From Pseudomonas sp. (GTDB lineage: Bacteria > Pseudomonadota > Gammaproteobacteria > Pseudomonadales > Pseudomonadaceae): DNA of 64,000 nucleotides. The stretch spans positions 9,163 to 73,162 of the forward strand of contig JAXHOM010000020.1 of NCBI GenBank assembly GCA_034519305.1, read 5' to 3'. Each line of letters begins with the position of its first letter. Position 1 is the stretch's first letter. A program made the translations under genes and the position numbers. This document shows positions 1-11,111 of this stretch, in pieces. Under the pieces are notes generated by a model that made no database searches, was not told where the DNA came from, and worked only from the letters and a program-made list of their open reading frames with translations.

Positions 1-2027
1 AGGCCTTGGCTTTGATAGACGTTGGCCAGGTTGACCACGGCTGGAGGGAAGGGGTCGAGCGCAATGGCGCGGCGCAAATAGGCTTCGGCCTGGGCCGCGT
101 CGCCGCGCTCGGCATACAGCGCACCGAGGTTGGTCAGGGATTCCGGTCGGTCGGCATTGAATTGCTGAGCGGCGATGTACTCATCCAGGCCTCTTTCGAA
201 GGCGGCGCGTTGCACGGGGTTGAGCTGTTGTTCGGCGGCGCCGACCAGGCCGCGTGCGGCAGCCATGCGTACGCTGCGCAGTGGATCGTTGAGCAGCGGC
301 GGTAGGGCTTGCGAACTCATCGCGGGAGCGATGCGGGCGACGGCTTCGACGGCCGCCAGGCGGACCGTTTCATTGTCGTCATACAGGCCGTCGACCAGAA
401 GGCTGAAGGTTTGTTGGTCGCGGCTTTCATTCAGGCGCGACAGCGCTGTGGCGCGGGCAATGGCCGGCTGGTCCTTGTCGGTCGCCACGGCCATCAGGGC
501 CGCATGGGCGGATGGCAGACCCTGGGAGGCAGCCGCAAAGGCCTCGGCATAACGTTGATGGCCGGCAGGCGGGTGCGGGTACCACTGCTGCACCTTGTCG
601 GCGGCCCACTGCGGCTGCTTGTCGGTATGACAGCTGTTGCAGGCGTTGGGCGTGCCCAGGGTAACCGACAGGTCGGGGCGCGGAATGCGCAGCGAGTGAT
701 CGTTGCGCGGGTCGATCTGCATATAGGTGGTGGTCGGCATATGGCAGCTGACGCACTGCGATCCCTTGGAGCCTTGGGGGTGAAAACTGTGCTGCGGGCC
801 GTCGTATTTGCTCGGCAGGTGGCACTGGGCACAGACGCCGTTGCCTTCGGCGCGCAGTTTCAACGAGTGCGGCTCGTGGCAGTCGCTGCAGGTCACGCCC
901 TTGGCGAACATTTTGCTCTGCAGGAAGGAGCCGTGGTTGAACACCTCATCGCGTTGCTGACCGTCTGGCCAATACAGGCCGTCATCCAGCAGAGCGGGGT
1001 GATAGTTGTCGGCCAGGCGCTGGCCGTGGACAAAGGTGTCGCTGTTCTGGCCACGGCGCGAGTGGCAGGTGGCACAGGTTTCGATTTCCACTGTGCCTTT
1101 GCGGGGTTCGCTGCGCGTGGCGTTACCGGTTTTCAGCTCGCTGCGCCAACTGATGCCGCGGCGTTCGTCGAGCACGTGCGGCAGACCTTTGCCCGGCCCG
1201 CTGAAGGCTTCTGCGCCGGGTTCATGCTTGGCCCAGGTCAGGTGATTGGAGCCGGGACCATGGCAGGCCTCGCAGGACACGTTGATCTCTGACCACTGGG
1301 TGTTGAAGGTCTTGGTTTCGGCGTTGTAGTTCTTTTGCAGATTAGTGGAGTGGCAGTCGGCGCACTGGTAGTTCCAGTTTTGGTCGATGCTGGTCCAGTG
1401 CAGGTAGTCGCCGGCCTTGAGCTTCTGCTCCGGGTAGAGGTGGAACCAACGTTGGCCGCCTTTCTCCTGCGGTCGGCTGTCCCAGGCAATGCCGAAGGCC
1501 TGCAGGCGGCCGCCGGGAAATTCGATCAGGTATTGCTGCAGCGGGGTAAAGCCGAAGGTGTATTTGATTTCGAAGTCAGCGAGCTTGCCGTCCGGGCCGT
1601 CGGTGTTGACGAAGAATTTGCCGTCACGGCTGAAGAAGGTGCTGGTAATGCCGTTGTAGCTGAAATGGGCATTGTTGAAATTGCCCAGCACGCTGTTGGC
1701 CGTGGCGATCTGCATGGCCATGTCGTGGTGTGAGCCTTGCCACAGGTCGTGTTGCTGGCTGTGGCAGCCGGCGCAGGTTTCGCCACCGACATAGGTCAGC
1801 GGTTTTTCGCGCGGGGCCGGAGCAGTAGATTGAGGCGCTGGGCTTGCTACTGGGGTGCTGGGCACGGCAGGAGTGCTGCTCAGCTTGAAATAGGCGATGC
1901 CCGTGACAAGCAATAGCGCGAGCGCCGCCAGCCAATACCAATTCCAGCGCGTGCTCGTCGGCCTGACGGTTACCGATGAGTGTGGCGGCATGGATTTTTG
2001 AGGTGCCTTTTTTTTGTGCTTAGGCAC
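1..2027 (-). CDS. Multiheme (8 CxxCH) c-type cytochrome with C-terminal helical-repeat (HEAT/TPR-like) region; 3' end runs off the window
   Basis: Read manually (absent from the ORF track): GTG at 2027 or ATG at 1991, N-terminal TM segment WYWLAALALLLVTGIAYF, then CAGCH, CADCH, CEACH, CATCH, CSDCH, CAQCH, CVSCH, CNSCH. Confidence 0.8.
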   Translation of the reverse strand, partial: MPKHKKKAPQKSMPPHSSVTVRPTSTRWNWYWLAALALLLVTGIAYFKLSSTPAVPSTPVASPAPQSTAPAPREKPLTYVGGETCAGCHSQQHDLWQGSHHDMAMQIATANSVLGNFNNAHFSYNGITSTFFSRDGKFFVNTDGPDGKLADFEIKYTFGFTPLQQYLIEFPGGRLQAFGIAWDSRPQEKGGQRWFHLYPEQKLKAGDYLHWTSIDQNWNYQCADCHSTNLQKNYNAETKTFNTQWSEINVSCEACHGPGSNHLTWAKHEPGAEAFSGPGKGLPHVLDERRGISWRSELKTGNATRSEPRKGTVEIETCATCHSRRGQNSDTFVHGQRLADNYHPALLDDGLYWPDGQQRDEVFNHGSFLQSKMFAKGVTCSDCHEPHSLKLRAEGNGVCAQCHLPSKYDGPQHSFHPQGSKGSQCVSCHMPTTTYMQIDPRNDHSLRIPRPDLSVTLGTPNACNSCHTDKQPQWAADKVQQWYPHPPAGHQRYAEAFAAASQGLPSAHAALMAVATDKDQPAIARATALSRLNESRDQQTFSLLVDGLYDDNETVRLAAVEAVARIAPAMSSQALPPLLNDPLRSVRMAAARGLVGAAEQQLNPVQRAAFERGLDEYIAAQQFNADRPESLTNLGALYAERGDAAQAEAYLRRAIALDPFPPAVVNLANVYQSQG

Positions 2028-2546
2028 TGTTTGATCTGCTGATAAGGAGGTGGATGGCGGTCGCCTGACGTTTGTTAAACGAGTATTTCAGCATCCAGCA
2101 GGCCCCGTCCATCGTGGGTGCAATTACGCAAATCAATTGCTGAATCGTTTAGCGTTTCGTAAACGCTTCTGATGGTTCGCTTTAGGCTGATCTCGCCTGT
2201 TACGACGGGTGACTTTCGGCCAAACGCGGCCCTGGTATCTAAGCACCCAGGTGCATAGCGTAAATCAGCTATGTGAAGCCCTCGGGGGCGTAACTCCCTG
2301 CTTCTTTCGTCTGCCGTGTGAACATGCATCACACCTATGCCCGCGCGTCCGTTCGCAACAGCCAGGCCAATGTCAGACTCGACATCGGAGATAAGTACGA
2401 CCATTGGGGCTGCTTGTTTATCCGGCATCACCGAGTGGTTGCACGCTCCAAAAAAAAGGCGCCACCAGGGCGCCATCAGGTCAAAGGTTAGGGCCACGAC
2501 CTGCAAGTGTGGAGCACACACAATTCATTACCTGGTTGCTGTTGCC

Positions 2547-2873
2547 TCAGTTGCTCGCCGAGAGCCGTGCGGCATCGTCCTGCAGTTCCTGTGGCAAGCG
2601 GTTGGGGCGTACTTCGGTAAGGCTGCCGTCGTCATTTCTGACCAGAAAGGCCCGCCCACTCTGGCCACTGCCATGCTGAATCTGCTCGCCACTGAAGTAA
2701 CCAATGGCCGCGCCAACCAAGGCGCCGATTGGGCCGCCGGCTGCGCCGCCGAGTAATACGCCGGTGCCACTGCCGAAGGTTTGTCCGACGCGATTTTCTT
2801 CGGTGCTACCGACAATTTCCGCAGCATTAGCTAGGGGCGCGAGCAGTACCAAGGTGAGTAAAAGTTTGTTCAT
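2547..2873 (-). CDS. Small exported glycine-zipper protein
   Basis: Signal peptide MNKLLLTLVLLAPLANA and GxxxG run GVLLGGAAGGPIGALVGAAIG. Confidence 0.7.
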   Translation of the reverse strand: MNKLLLTLVLLAPLANAAEIVGSTEENRVGQTFGSGTGVLLGGAAGGPIGALVGAAIGYFSGEQIQHGSGQSGRAFLVRNDDGSLTEVRPNRLPQELQDDAARLSASN

Positions 2874-3158
2874 TTGTCTGTCTCCGAACTTGATTGAAGG
2901 TGGCCTGAAGCCGACGGAGAAAGTGTCGCAATATCTTCTAGCTCAAAGAATGACCAGCTTTTCTAATAGACTGTTTCAGGATTTGGAATTGTTGGTGCGG
3001 GCGTGGCACATCATCCAGGCGCCCTCATGGCTGGGGGATAACTGGGATGATTCAAGAGGGGGGGAGTGCTTGCGCTGGGCTTTTAGCCTGAGCAGGGCGT
3101 CGAACAGTTCGCCATTGGCCCTGCGTTTATACGTGGTCAGGTTTTCAGCATGGGGTGA

Positions 3159-3635
3159 TCAAAGGCCCAGTTCACTGAGGCTCGGATGGTCGTCGGGACG
3201 ACGGCCTTGTGGCCAGTGGAACAGTCGCTCAGCGTTGCTAATCGGCAGGTCGTTGATGCTGGCGTAACGTGCCTGCATCAGCCCCTGGTCATCGAACTCC
3301 CAGTTCTCGTTGCCGTAGGAGCGAAACCATTGGCCATTGGCGTCGTGCCACTCATAGGCGAAGCGCACGGCGATGCGGTTGTCAGTGTGGGCCCAGAGCT
3401 CCTTGATCAAGCGGTACTCGTGCTCGCGCTGCCATTTGCTGGCGAGGAAGGCGCGGATCTGTTCGCGGCCCAGCGGGAACTCATGGCGATTGCGCCAGCG
3501 ACTGTCCGGTGTATACGCCAGCGCCACGCGCTCGGGGTCGCGGCTGTTCCAGCCATCTTCTGCCATGCGCACTTTCTGCATGGCGGTTTCGCGGGTGAAA
3601 GGCGGCAAGGGTGGGCGGGCTTCAACGTTGCTCAT
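3159..3635 (-). CDS. DUF1348 / SnoaL-like (NTF2-fold) protein
   Basis: [47 protein letters not shown] motifs. Confidence 0.9.
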   Translation of the reverse strand: MSNVEARPPLPPFTRETAMQKVRMAEDGWNSRDPERVALAYTPDSRWRNRHEFPLGREQIRAFLASKWQREHEYRLIKELWAHTDNRIAVRFAYEWHDANGQWFRSYGNENWEFDDQGLMQARYASINDLPISNAERLFHWPQGRRPDDHPSLSELGL

Positions 3636-3659
3636 GGTGTTTACCTTAACGGCTTGGGT

Positions 3660-3971
3660 TCAAGGGCTGCCGGCAGACTCGACCACCAGAACGCGTGCCA
3701 CCCCGAGAGGGTGGGCGACGTGTTCGGTGCCGCTGCTGGCGTAGAAAATGTCGCCGCACTCCAGCAGGCAGGACTGCTCCAGCCCGTCCTCGCGGTAGTG
3801 CATCTGCACTCGGCCATCGAGTACGACAAATACCTCTTGGCCGTCGTTGATGTGCCAGCGGTAAGGCTGATCAGTCCAGTGCAGGCGGGTCGTAATGCCC
3901 TGCATGTTGGCGATGTCGAGGGCGCCCCAGGCGCGCTCAGCGATGAATTGTTTGCTGCGGATGATCTTCAT
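3660..3971 (-). CDS. Cupin-domain protein
   Basis: WHINDGQEVFVVLDG...GTEHVAHP cupin motifs. Confidence 0.85.
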   Translation of the reverse strand: MKIIRSKQFIAERAWGALDIANMQGITTRLHWTDQPYRWHINDGQEVFVVLDGRVQMHYREDGLEQSCLLECGDIFYASSGTEHVAHPLGVARVLVVESAGSP

Positions 3972-3983
3972 TGATACGGCTCG

Positions 3984-6065
3984 TCAGAGGTCCAGAATCA
4001 GAGGTTGTACCGCGCCGGCACTGGCCGCGGGTACGGCGCAGCAGATCAGCACCTGGCCGGCTTCCGGCATTTCGGCCGGTGGCTGCGGGTAGGTCACTGC
4101 GCCGCTGACAATGCGCGTCTTGCAGGTGCCGCAGGAACCGCCGCGACAGCTGAAGTCGGGTGTCAGGCCACGGCTTTCGGCCAGTTCCAGCAAGCTGCCG
4201 CTGTCTGGCGTCCAGCGCGCTTCCTTGGCCGACTGTTCGAATAACACCGGCACCGGGCCACTGGCGGCGGCCGGCAAGGCCGGTTGCGCGCTGCCCTGAT
4301 CGGCCTGGCGGCGCAGGCTGGAGGGGCCGAAGGTTTCGGCATGGATGCGCATGTCGCTGATACTCAAGGCCCGCAGGCCGTCATACAGGTCCTGGGTGAA
4401 ACGGCTCGGGCCGCACAGGTAGAAGTCATAGTCGTCAAAGGGCAGCAGGGCCTTGAGCAGCGCCACATCGATGCGCCCGGCCAGCTCGAAGTCCTGACCT
4501 TCCCGCGCATGGGGTTCGGGCTGGCTGAGCAGGCGCACGGCGTGGACGGCGTCACCGCCGCGCTGCAGCAGGCTGAACAGTTCATCGCGAAAGGCCAGTT
4601 CGGCCAGGCTGCGCGCGCTTTGCAGCAGCCACACCGGGCGCGAACGACGCAGCCGCTGGTTCTGAAAAATGACCTCACGGAGCATCGACAGCAGCGGAGT
4701 AATACCCACCCCGGCGGCGAGCAGAACCAGTGGACGGCGCTGCTCGGCATCCAGGCTGAAGCGGCCCTGCGGGGCACGCGACTCGAGCAGGCTGCCAACC
4801 TCGACCTGATCATGCAGGTAGCTTGAAGCGACGCCTTCGCGCTTGACGCTGATGCGCAGGAAGTTATCCGAGGGGGCGCTGGACAGGCTGTACGTGCGGA
4901 TCAGCGGCTGGGCCTGGCCAGCAATCGACAGACGCAGGGGCAGGTGCTGACCGGCGCTAAAGTCCGCCAAGCCTGCGCCGTCAGCGGGCTCCAGATAGAA
5001 GGAGCGAATGTGGCGGCTCTCCTCGACGATGCGTGTCACCCGTAACGGCCGCCATTGATCGCGCAGCGCCTGCGCGGCCAGGCGGGCTTGGGCATCGGCC
5101 CAGTCGCCGGTCATCAGGCTGTTGGCCGAGTAGCTATGAAAATCCCAGCGCAGGTTGAGGGCCGCTGGCCGCCACACCTGTTCCTCAACCTGCACCTGCC
5201 AGAGCCGTTCGGCGCCCTGGAACGCCTTGACCTGCGGGCCGTCGAGGATCAGTTCGGTGCGTCCGCTGACCTGCAGCAGGTCGCCACTGGCAAAGTCGAT
5301 AAACAATAAGCCGGCGCGTGGGTTGAGCAGCAGGTTGCCGAGGGTGTTGAAGTGCAGGTTGCCGGCAAAGTCGGGGATGGTCAGGCAGTCGCCCTCGACC
5401 CTGACGAAGCCGGCCTGGCCGCCACGGTGGGACATGTCCACCGAGCGGCTGCCATCGGCGTGCTCGATGTAACTGGCGACGAAGAAGGTGTCGGCGTTGG
5501 CAATCAGTGCGCGGGCCGCGTCATCCAGGCCGCTGCGGCGCTGGGCAGGAGGCCGTGGGGGCGTGCGCTCAGCCACGTTGACCCGCACCTCACGGTGTTG
5601 GATGTATTGCGGGCAGTTACCAAAGGCATGCTCGACGGCAATGCTCAACTGCTCAGCATTACGGGTCAGCACATGGCCATTGATTCGGTTGCGTCGGCGG
5701 CTGTGCAGTTCGATGCCCAGTAGGCCGATTGCCGAGCTGGCACCCAATGCGGCGGCGGCCGGATCGTCCGCTGACAGAGGGCCATGCAGTTCTAGCTGCT
5801 GCGGCTCGGGGGCCTGAACGAAACCTGGCGGGCCTTCGGCGATGCTGGCCCAAGGGCGGCCCTGATCATCCACGGCGGCAAACAAAATAAACGGCAGTTG
5901 CTGATAGAAAAGGCGGTGCTGCTCGGGCATGTGGTCGCGAATCACCCGTCGGCCAAACACCTCCATGCGCTCGGCCACGCCGGCGCGCGCCTGCAACTGC
6001 TTTTCCCCGGCATGCCAGGGGGAGGGGGTGTTTTCGTCGGGCGGGTTCATGCTCGGGCTCCGCAT
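3984..6065 (-). CDS. Pyridoxamine 5'-phosphate oxidase-like / FAD-NAD-binding / 2Fe-2S ferredoxin fusion oxidoreductase
   Basis: SHRGG and PDFAGN motifs, RTYSLS, AAGVGITP, YLCGP, C-terminal CRGGSCGTC...CC. Confidence 0.9.
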   Translation of the reverse strand: MRSPSMNPPDENTPSPWHAGEKQLQARAGVAERMEVFGRRVIRDHMPEQHRLFYQQLPFILFAAVDDQGRPWASIAEGPPGFVQAPEPQQLELHGPLSADDPAAAALGASSAIGLLGIELHSRRRNRINGHVLTRNAEQLSIAVEHAFGNCPQYIQHREVRVNVAERTPPRPPAQRRSGLDDAARALIANADTFFVASYIEHADGSRSVDMSHRGGQAGFVRVEGDCLTIPDFAGNLHFNTLGNLLLNPRAGLLFIDFASGDLLQVSGRTELILDGPQVKAFQGAERLWQVQVEEQVWRPAALNLRWDFHSYSANSLMTGDWADAQARLAAQALRDQWRPLRVTRIVEESRHIRSFYLEPADGAGLADFSAGQHLPLRLSIAGQAQPLIRTYSLSSAPSDNFLRISVKREGVASSYLHDQVEVGSLLESRAPQGRFSLDAEQRRPLVLLAAGVGITPLLSMLREVIFQNQRLRRSRPVWLLQSARSLAELAFRDELFSLLQRGGDAVHAVRLLSQPEPHAREGQDFELAGRIDVALLKALLPFDDYDFYLCGPSRFTQDLYDGLRALSISDMRIHAETFGPSSLRRQADQGSAQPALPAAASGPVPVLFEQSAKEARWTPDSGSLLELAESRGLTPDFSCRGGSCGTCKTRIVSGAVTYPQPPAEMPEAGQVLICCAVPAASAGAVQPLILDL

Positions 6066-6124
6066 ACATCAAAAAGAAAAGGCCGGACAGGCACCCAATG
6101 TTGTTCGTTTAAAGCGCCACAGCG

Positions 6125-6192
6125 GTAGCCCGGATGAAATCCGGGGGCGAATGCGCACGTCAACGAGCCTCCCCGGATTTCATCCGGACTAC
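6125..6192. repeat. Inverted pair of GTAG-family REP elements
   Basis: GTAGCCCGGATGAAATCCGGG ... CCCGGATTTCATCCGGACTAC in an intergenic space. Confidence 0.8.
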
Positions 6193-6264
6193 AAAGATGC
6201 CGTTCACTTGGCTTAAGTGAACGGCATCGCGGACAGCCACCTGAGTCGCTGTCCGGCTTGGCCC

Positions 6265-6894
6265 TTAAGCGCTTTGTAGGCCTACGGCGGTGCGCTGCAT
6301 CGGCACGAAGCCCGGCAGGGCTTCAATGCGTGCCAGCCAGGCGCGCACTTGCGGGTAGTCAGCCAGCGAGACATTGCCTTCCGGGGCGTGGGCTATGTAG
6401 GTATAGCCGGCCACATCGGCCAGGGTGGCCGTGTTGCCGGCCAGGAACGGGCTGTTGGCCAGTTCCTTCTCTACCACCTGCAGCAGGGCATGGCTGCGGG
6501 CAATGGTCGACTCGGCATCGTAGGGGGCACCGAATACGGTAATCAGCCGCGCGGTGGCCGGCCCGGAAGCGATTTGCCCAGCCGCCACCGACAACCAGCG
6601 CTGCACCTTGGCGGCGGCAACTGGTTCAGCCGGCAACCAGCGGCCGCTGGTGTCGTACTTCTTCGCCAAGTACACCAGGATGGCGTTGGAATCGCTCAAT
6701 ACAGTGCCGTTGTCATCAATCGCCGGCACCTGGCCAAACGGGTTGATAGCGAGAAACTCGGCTTGCTTGTGGGCGCCCTTGGCCAGGTCGACGAAGACCA
6801 GTTCGGTCGGCACGTTGAGCAGCGAGAGCAGCAGTTCGACGCGATGGGCGTGGCCGGACAGTGGGTGACGGAACAGTTTGATGGCGTTGGACAT
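6265..6894 (-). CDS. Glutathione S-transferase
   Basis: [27 protein letters not shown] motifs; ATG at 6894. Confidence 0.92.
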   Translation of the reverse strand: MSNAIKLFRHPLSGHAHRVELLLSLLNVPTELVFVDLAKGAHKQAEFLAINPFGQVPAIDDNGTVLSDSNAILVYLAKKYDTSGRWLPAEPVAAAKVQRWLSVAAGQIASGPATARLITVFGAPYDAESTIARSHALLQVVEKELANSPFLAGNTATLADVAGYTYIAHAPEGNVSLADYPQVRAWLARIEALPGFVPMQRTAVGLQSA

Positions 6895-7060
6895 GGTGAA
6901 CTCCGAAGTCAGTAGTACCGCAGCGACGGGGTGGCGAGGTGCCGGGGCTTGCCGTGCTGGTGGAGCCATCTTCGCGTTTCAGTCTTTGCGGGAGAATCGC
7001 CAGAAATGGCAATCCTTTGTTTCACTTACTGCAATAAAGCGTCCCTAAGCCCCTAAAGGC

Positions 7061-7960
7061 CTAACGCAGCGCCGGGTGTTCGCGCAGCCTGCTGACCGTG
7101 AAATCGATGAAGCTGCGTACCCGTGCGGCCGCTTTGCGCCCTTCCCGGTAGGCCAGATACACCGGCAGTGGTGGCAGCTCATAGGTCTGGAGTAAGCGAC
7201 ACAGGCGGCCTTGCTCAATGAGCTCATGAACCTGATAACTCATGCAGCGGATCACCCCGCTGGCAGCGCAGGCGGCCACGATTGCCGCCTGGTTGGTGGC
7301 GCAGGTCAGGCGCGGGCGTAGGCTGACGGTGAGCGGGTTGCCCTGGTCCTGAAAGCGCCATTCCGGCAGGCGTGAGTCGGCGGTGGAGTGAATGATCTGC
7401 TGGGTGGACAACGCCTGCGGGCGCTCGGGTGTGCCATGGCGTTGCAGGTAGTCCGGGCTGGCGCAGACCACCCGGCGAATGCTGCCGACCTGCAGGGCAA
7501 ACAGTGAGGAGTCCGGGAGGGCGCCGACCAGTACGGCTACGTCAATGCCTTCTTCATGCAGGTTTGGGAAGCGGTCCAGGTATTGGGCGAACATCTCCAC
7601 ATGGGGGTAGGCCTGCAGATAGTCGAGCAGGGTGGCGGTCATGATCTGCTGGCCAAACAGCAGTGGCATGGCCAGGTGCAAATGGCCTCGCGGCTCGGCA
7701 TGCAGGCCACTGGCCGAGGCTTCGGCTTCTTTGACATCTTGCAGGATGCGCTGGCAGTCGCTGGCAAAGCGCTCACCGGACGCGGTCAGGCTGACGCCGC
7801 GGGTACTGCGTTGCAGCAGTGGCGTACCCAGGCGTTGCTCCAGTGCGGCCATTGCGCGGGTCACGGTGGGTGCCGAGATATTCAGGCGGCGGGCTGCTGC
7901 TGCCAGACTGAGATCGCTGACCACCGCCTGGAAAATACGCATTTCTTGGTAGCGATCCAT
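7061..7960 (-). CDS. LysR-family transcriptional regulator (CrgA-like)
   Basis: N-terminal HTH SLAAAARRLNISAPTVTR...LLQRSTR; 299 aa. Confidence 0.92.
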   Translation of the reverse strand: MDRYQEMRIFQAVVSDLSLAAAARRLNISAPTVTRAMAALEQRLGTPLLQRSTRGVSLTASGERFASDCQRILQDVKEAEASASGLHAEPRGHLHLAMPLLFGQQIMTATLLDYLQAYPHVEMFAQYLDRFPNLHEEGIDVAVLVGALPDSSLFALQVGSIRRVVCASPDYLQRHGTPERPQALSTQQIIHSTADSRLPEWRFQDQGNPLTVSLRPRLTCATNQAAIVAACAASGVIRCMSYQVHELIEQGRLCRLLQTYELPPLPVYLAYREGRKAAARVRSFIDFTVSRLREHPALR

Positions 7961-7965
7961 TGTGC

Positions 7966-8880
7966 TCAGTCTCGGCCGGCAGGCTTGAGTGCGCTGGATT
8001 GGCTCAGTTGCGCGCTGCAGAAGTCGACAAAGGTGCGCACCTTGGCCGGCACCTTGCGGCCGCTTTGATAGACCACATGGATGGGCAGGGGCGGTTGCTC
8101 GAAGTTCTGCAGGACAATTTCCAACTCGCCGGCCGCCACCTTGCTGGCCACCTGATAGGACAGCACGCGGGTCAGGCCCCAGCCCAGGCTGACGGCATTG
8201 ATGGCCGCCTGGTTGGCGGTGACCAGCAGGCGTGGCTGCGGGCGAATGTTGAGGGCGCCGTCAGGGCCGCTGAATTCCCAGTTGCTCAGCAATGGACTGC
8301 TGGTTGCCACCACCAACTGAGCCTGAAGCAGTTCGTCGGGGTGTTGCGGTCGGCCGTGGGTGTTCAGGTACGTCGGTGACGCACAGATCACCCGACGTAC
8401 CTCGCCGACTTTCACGGCATGCAGACCGCTGTCGGGCAGGTTGCCGATGCGGATGGCCACATCGATGCCCTCATCGACCATGCTCACCACCCGGTCTACC
8501 AGCAAGGCCTTGATGGTCACGGCTGGGTGCTGGGCCAGGTAGTCGATCATCACTGGAGTGACAAACAACTCGCCAAACAGCACTGGCGCAGAGAGGGTGA
8601 GTTGCCCGCGGGCGATGGCGTGGCTGCCAGCGGCCGACTCTTCGGCTTCCTCTAGTTCGGCGAGGATCCGCCGGCAGTCTTCCACATAGCGCTGGCCCGC
8701 TTCGGTGACATGCACGCTGCGGGTGGTGCGGGCCAGTAGCAGGGTGCCGATGCGCTCTTCCAGGGCCGCCACGGCACGGGTCACGCTGGGTGGTGACATG
8801 TTCAGGCGCCGCGCGGCGGCGGCAAAGCCTTGCTCTTCAGCGACGGCCAAAAACACCTGCATTTCCTGAAAACGATCCAT
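7966..8880 (-). CDS. LysR-family transcriptional regulator (CrgA-like)
   Basis: GFAAAARRLNMSPPSVTR...LLARTTR; EGIDVAIRIG. Confidence 0.93.
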   Translation of the reverse strand: MDRFQEMQVFLAVAEEQGFAAAARRLNMSPPSVTRAVAALEERIGTLLLARTTRSVHVTEAGQRYVEDCRRILAELEEAEESAAGSHAIARGQLTLSAPVLFGELFVTPVMIDYLAQHPAVTIKALLVDRVVSMVDEGIDVAIRIGNLPDSGLHAVKVGEVRRVICASPTYLNTHGRPQHPDELLQAQLVVATSSPLLSNWEFSGPDGALNIRPQPRLLVTANQAAINAVSLGWGLTRVLSYQVASKVAAGELEIVLQNFEQPPLPIHVVYQSGRKVPAKVRTFVDFCSAQLSQSSALKPAGRD

Positions 8881-9058
8881 CGGCGGCTCCTGTAGGTCTG
8901 CGTCGAGTGTGCGTGATTTGTTTCATTTTCTGCAATAGAGCCTTGCAGTAGGCGGTCGTTCAGCTGCGCAGTGTTGCGATCTAGAGTGGCTCCACGTCGA
9001 ACGCAGTTGGTTTCGACGCACTCAACCCCACTCGATTGCGTCAATAAGGAATTACCTC

Positions 9059-9559
9059 ATGAGCCTGAAGAACTCTTTTATCGCCAGCTCCCTGGCTGTT
9101 GCCCTGTCCCTTGGTGCCGGCGCCTTGCTGACTGCGACTAGCAGCTTTGCCTATGACGAAGCCTCGACCTCGTCGATCAACGTCGATGCGGCCCAGGTCA
9201 TCCTCAAAGGCTATGACAGCGTCTCCTATTTCAAGGGCCAACCGGTCGAGGGTGACAAGCGCTTTGCCGCCGCTCATGACGGCGCAACCTATTACTTCGC
9301 CAGTGCGGAAAACCTCAAAGCCTTCCAGGCCAACCCGGCTAAGTACGCCCCGCAATTTGGCGGCTATTGCGCCATGGGCGCGGCCCTTGGCAAGAAGCTG
9401 GATGTAGACCCAAGCCAGTACAAAGTGGTCGACGGCAAGCTGTACCTGAACGTTAACGCCGACGTGTTCAAGAAGTGGTCAGAGGACGTGCCGGGCAACA
9501 TTGCCAAAGCCAACGCTAACTGGCCTGCAATCAAGGACAAGGCCGCCAACAGCCTGTAA
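9059..9559 (+). CDS. Exported YHS-domain protein
   Basis: Signal peptide; [33 protein letters not shown] motifs. Confidence 0.88.
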   Translation: MSLKNSFIASSLAVALSLGAGALLTATSSFAYDEASTSSINVDAAQVILKGYDSVSYFKGQPVEGDKRFAAAHDGATYYFASAENLKAFQANPAKYAPQFGGYCAMGAALGKKLDVDPSQYKVVDGKLYLNVNADVFKKWSEDVPGNIAKANANWPAIKDKAANSL

Positions 9560-9621
9560 CACCACTCGGCCTGTCACCCCCGCCAGGGTGGCAGGCCGTT
9601 TGCCCTGACTTGGAGTTCGAT

Positions 9622-10134
9622 ATGAGTACTTGCCCTCTTTTACTGCGTTTGCCAGGAGTGGCTCGCGACGTCTTATTGCTGTTGGCGCGCGTCGCACCGG
9701 CAGCGATTTTCTGGCAATCCGGGCGCACCAAGGTGGATGGTTGGCAGCTCAATGACAGCGCGCTCTATCTGTTTGCAAACGAATACCGGCTGCCCCTGCT
9801 GGCGCCGTACAGCGCTGCCGTGCTGGCAGCTATTGCCGAACATTTGTTCCCTCTGTTGTTGCTGCTGGGCCTAGGTTCGCGGCTGGCCGCTCTGGCGTTA
9901 CTGGGCATGACTCTGGTGATCCAGCTATTTGTCTATCCCGACGCCTGGCCGACCCACGGCACCTGGGCGGTGGCGTTGTTACTGCTGCTGGCTCAAGGCC
10001 CCGGACGCTTATCGCTGGATCACTTGCTGAGTGGTTACTGGCGCAAGCGGTTGGCCAGGGACGATGAGCGTCTGAGCGGCAATGCGTGTATCGAGCATGC
10101 TGACCCCGAGCAATGCCTGAGGACACCGCAATGA
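9622..10134 (+). CDS. DoxX-family membrane protein
   Basis: [39 protein letters not shown]; GGAG upstream of ATG 9622. Confidence 0.88.
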   Translation: MSTCPLLLRLPGVARDVLLLLARVAPAAIFWQSGRTKVDGWQLNDSALYLFANEYRLPLLAPYSAAVLAAIAEHLFPLLLLLGLGSRLAALALLGMTLVIQLFVYPDAWPTHGTWAVALLLLLAQGPGRLSLDHLLSGYWRKRLARDDERLSGNACIEHADPEQCLRTPQ

Positions 10135-10751
10135 TTGAGGTCTACACCGCACTTACACCGAACGGCATCAAGGTGCCAATCGCCTTGGAAGAGTTGGGTC
10201 TGGAGTATCGGCTTATCACCGTCAACCTGGCTGCTGGAGAGCAGAGCCGCCCGGAGTTTCTCGCCATCAATCCCAATGGCCGCATTCCGGCGATTGTCGA
10301 TCATCAGGGACCGGATGGGCAGACGGTGAGCCTCTTCGAGTCCGGGGCGATTTTGCTCTACCTGGCCGAAAAGGCCGGTGGTCTGCTTCCACGAGATGCC
10401 CTCGAACGGCTGCGGGCCATGGAGTACCTGTTTCTACAGGTCGCCAGTGTCGGGCCGATGTTTGGTCAGGCCGGCTGGTTTTTGCGCTCCACACCGACGC
10501 CCTGTGCGGTGGCGATTGAGCGCTTTCGCGGCGAGGCCTTGCGCCTGACCGGCGTACTTGAAGCGCGCTTGCGCGAGCAGCCCTGGCTGGCCGGCAGCGA
10601 GTATTCACTGGCCGACATCATGAATTTCTCCTGGTTGCGAATGGCCCATTACGGCGGTATCGAGCTGGCCAGGTTTCCCGCGGTGGCGACCTGGGTGGCC
10701 ACCATCAGCGAGCGTCCTGCGGTTCAGCGGGCGTTGGCGCGCATGCAATAA
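10131..10751 (+). CDS. Glutathione S-transferase (YfcG/YghU-like)
   Basis: TPNG motif, [25 protein letters not shown]. Confidence 0.9.
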   Translation: MIEVYTALTPNGIKVPIALEELGLEYRLITVNLAAGEQSRPEFLAINPNGRIPAIVDHQGPDGQTVSLFESGAILLYLAEKAGGLLPRDALERLRAMEYLFLQVASVGPMFGQAGWFLRSTPTPCAVAIERFRGEALRLTGVLEARLREQPWLAGSEYSLADIMNFSWLRMAHYGGIELARFPAVATWVATISERPAVQRALARMQ

Positions 10752-10772
10752 CACCATTTTTGAGAGGGGCTA

Positions 10773-11066
10773 ATGATGAGTCGTCGTAATGTGCATGCCG
10801 CGTTGGCGTTGTCGCTAACCACTGCGTTGCTGACCAGTCAGGCGCTGAGTGCGGCTGATGGCGGGGTAAATGCCGGTAAGGAGAAATGCTATGGCATCTC
10901 CAAGGCTGGGCAGAATGATTGTGCTGCAGGCGCTGGGACGTCCTGCGCCGGTTCGGCAAAAATCGATTACCAGGGCAATGCCTGGAAGCTCGTGCCGACA
11001 GGCACTTGTACCCATATCGAGACTCCCCACGGTATGGGTTCACTCATGCCGTTGTCACGTCCCTGA
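10773..11066 (+). CDS. DUF2282 (bufferin BufA1-type) exported Cys-containing precursor peptide
   Basis: Signal peptide plus [20 protein letters not shown]...WKLVPTGTC four-Cys pattern. Confidence 0.88.
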   Translation: MMSRRNVHAALALSLTTALLTSQALSAADGGVNAGKEKCYGISKAGQNDCAAGAGTSCAGSAKIDYQGNAWKLVPTGTCTHIETPHGMGSLMPLSRP

Positions 11067-11111
11067 GAGGTTCTCGGGTTCTGGCGTTGCAGCCGTTTTT
11101 GAGGTGTGAGG

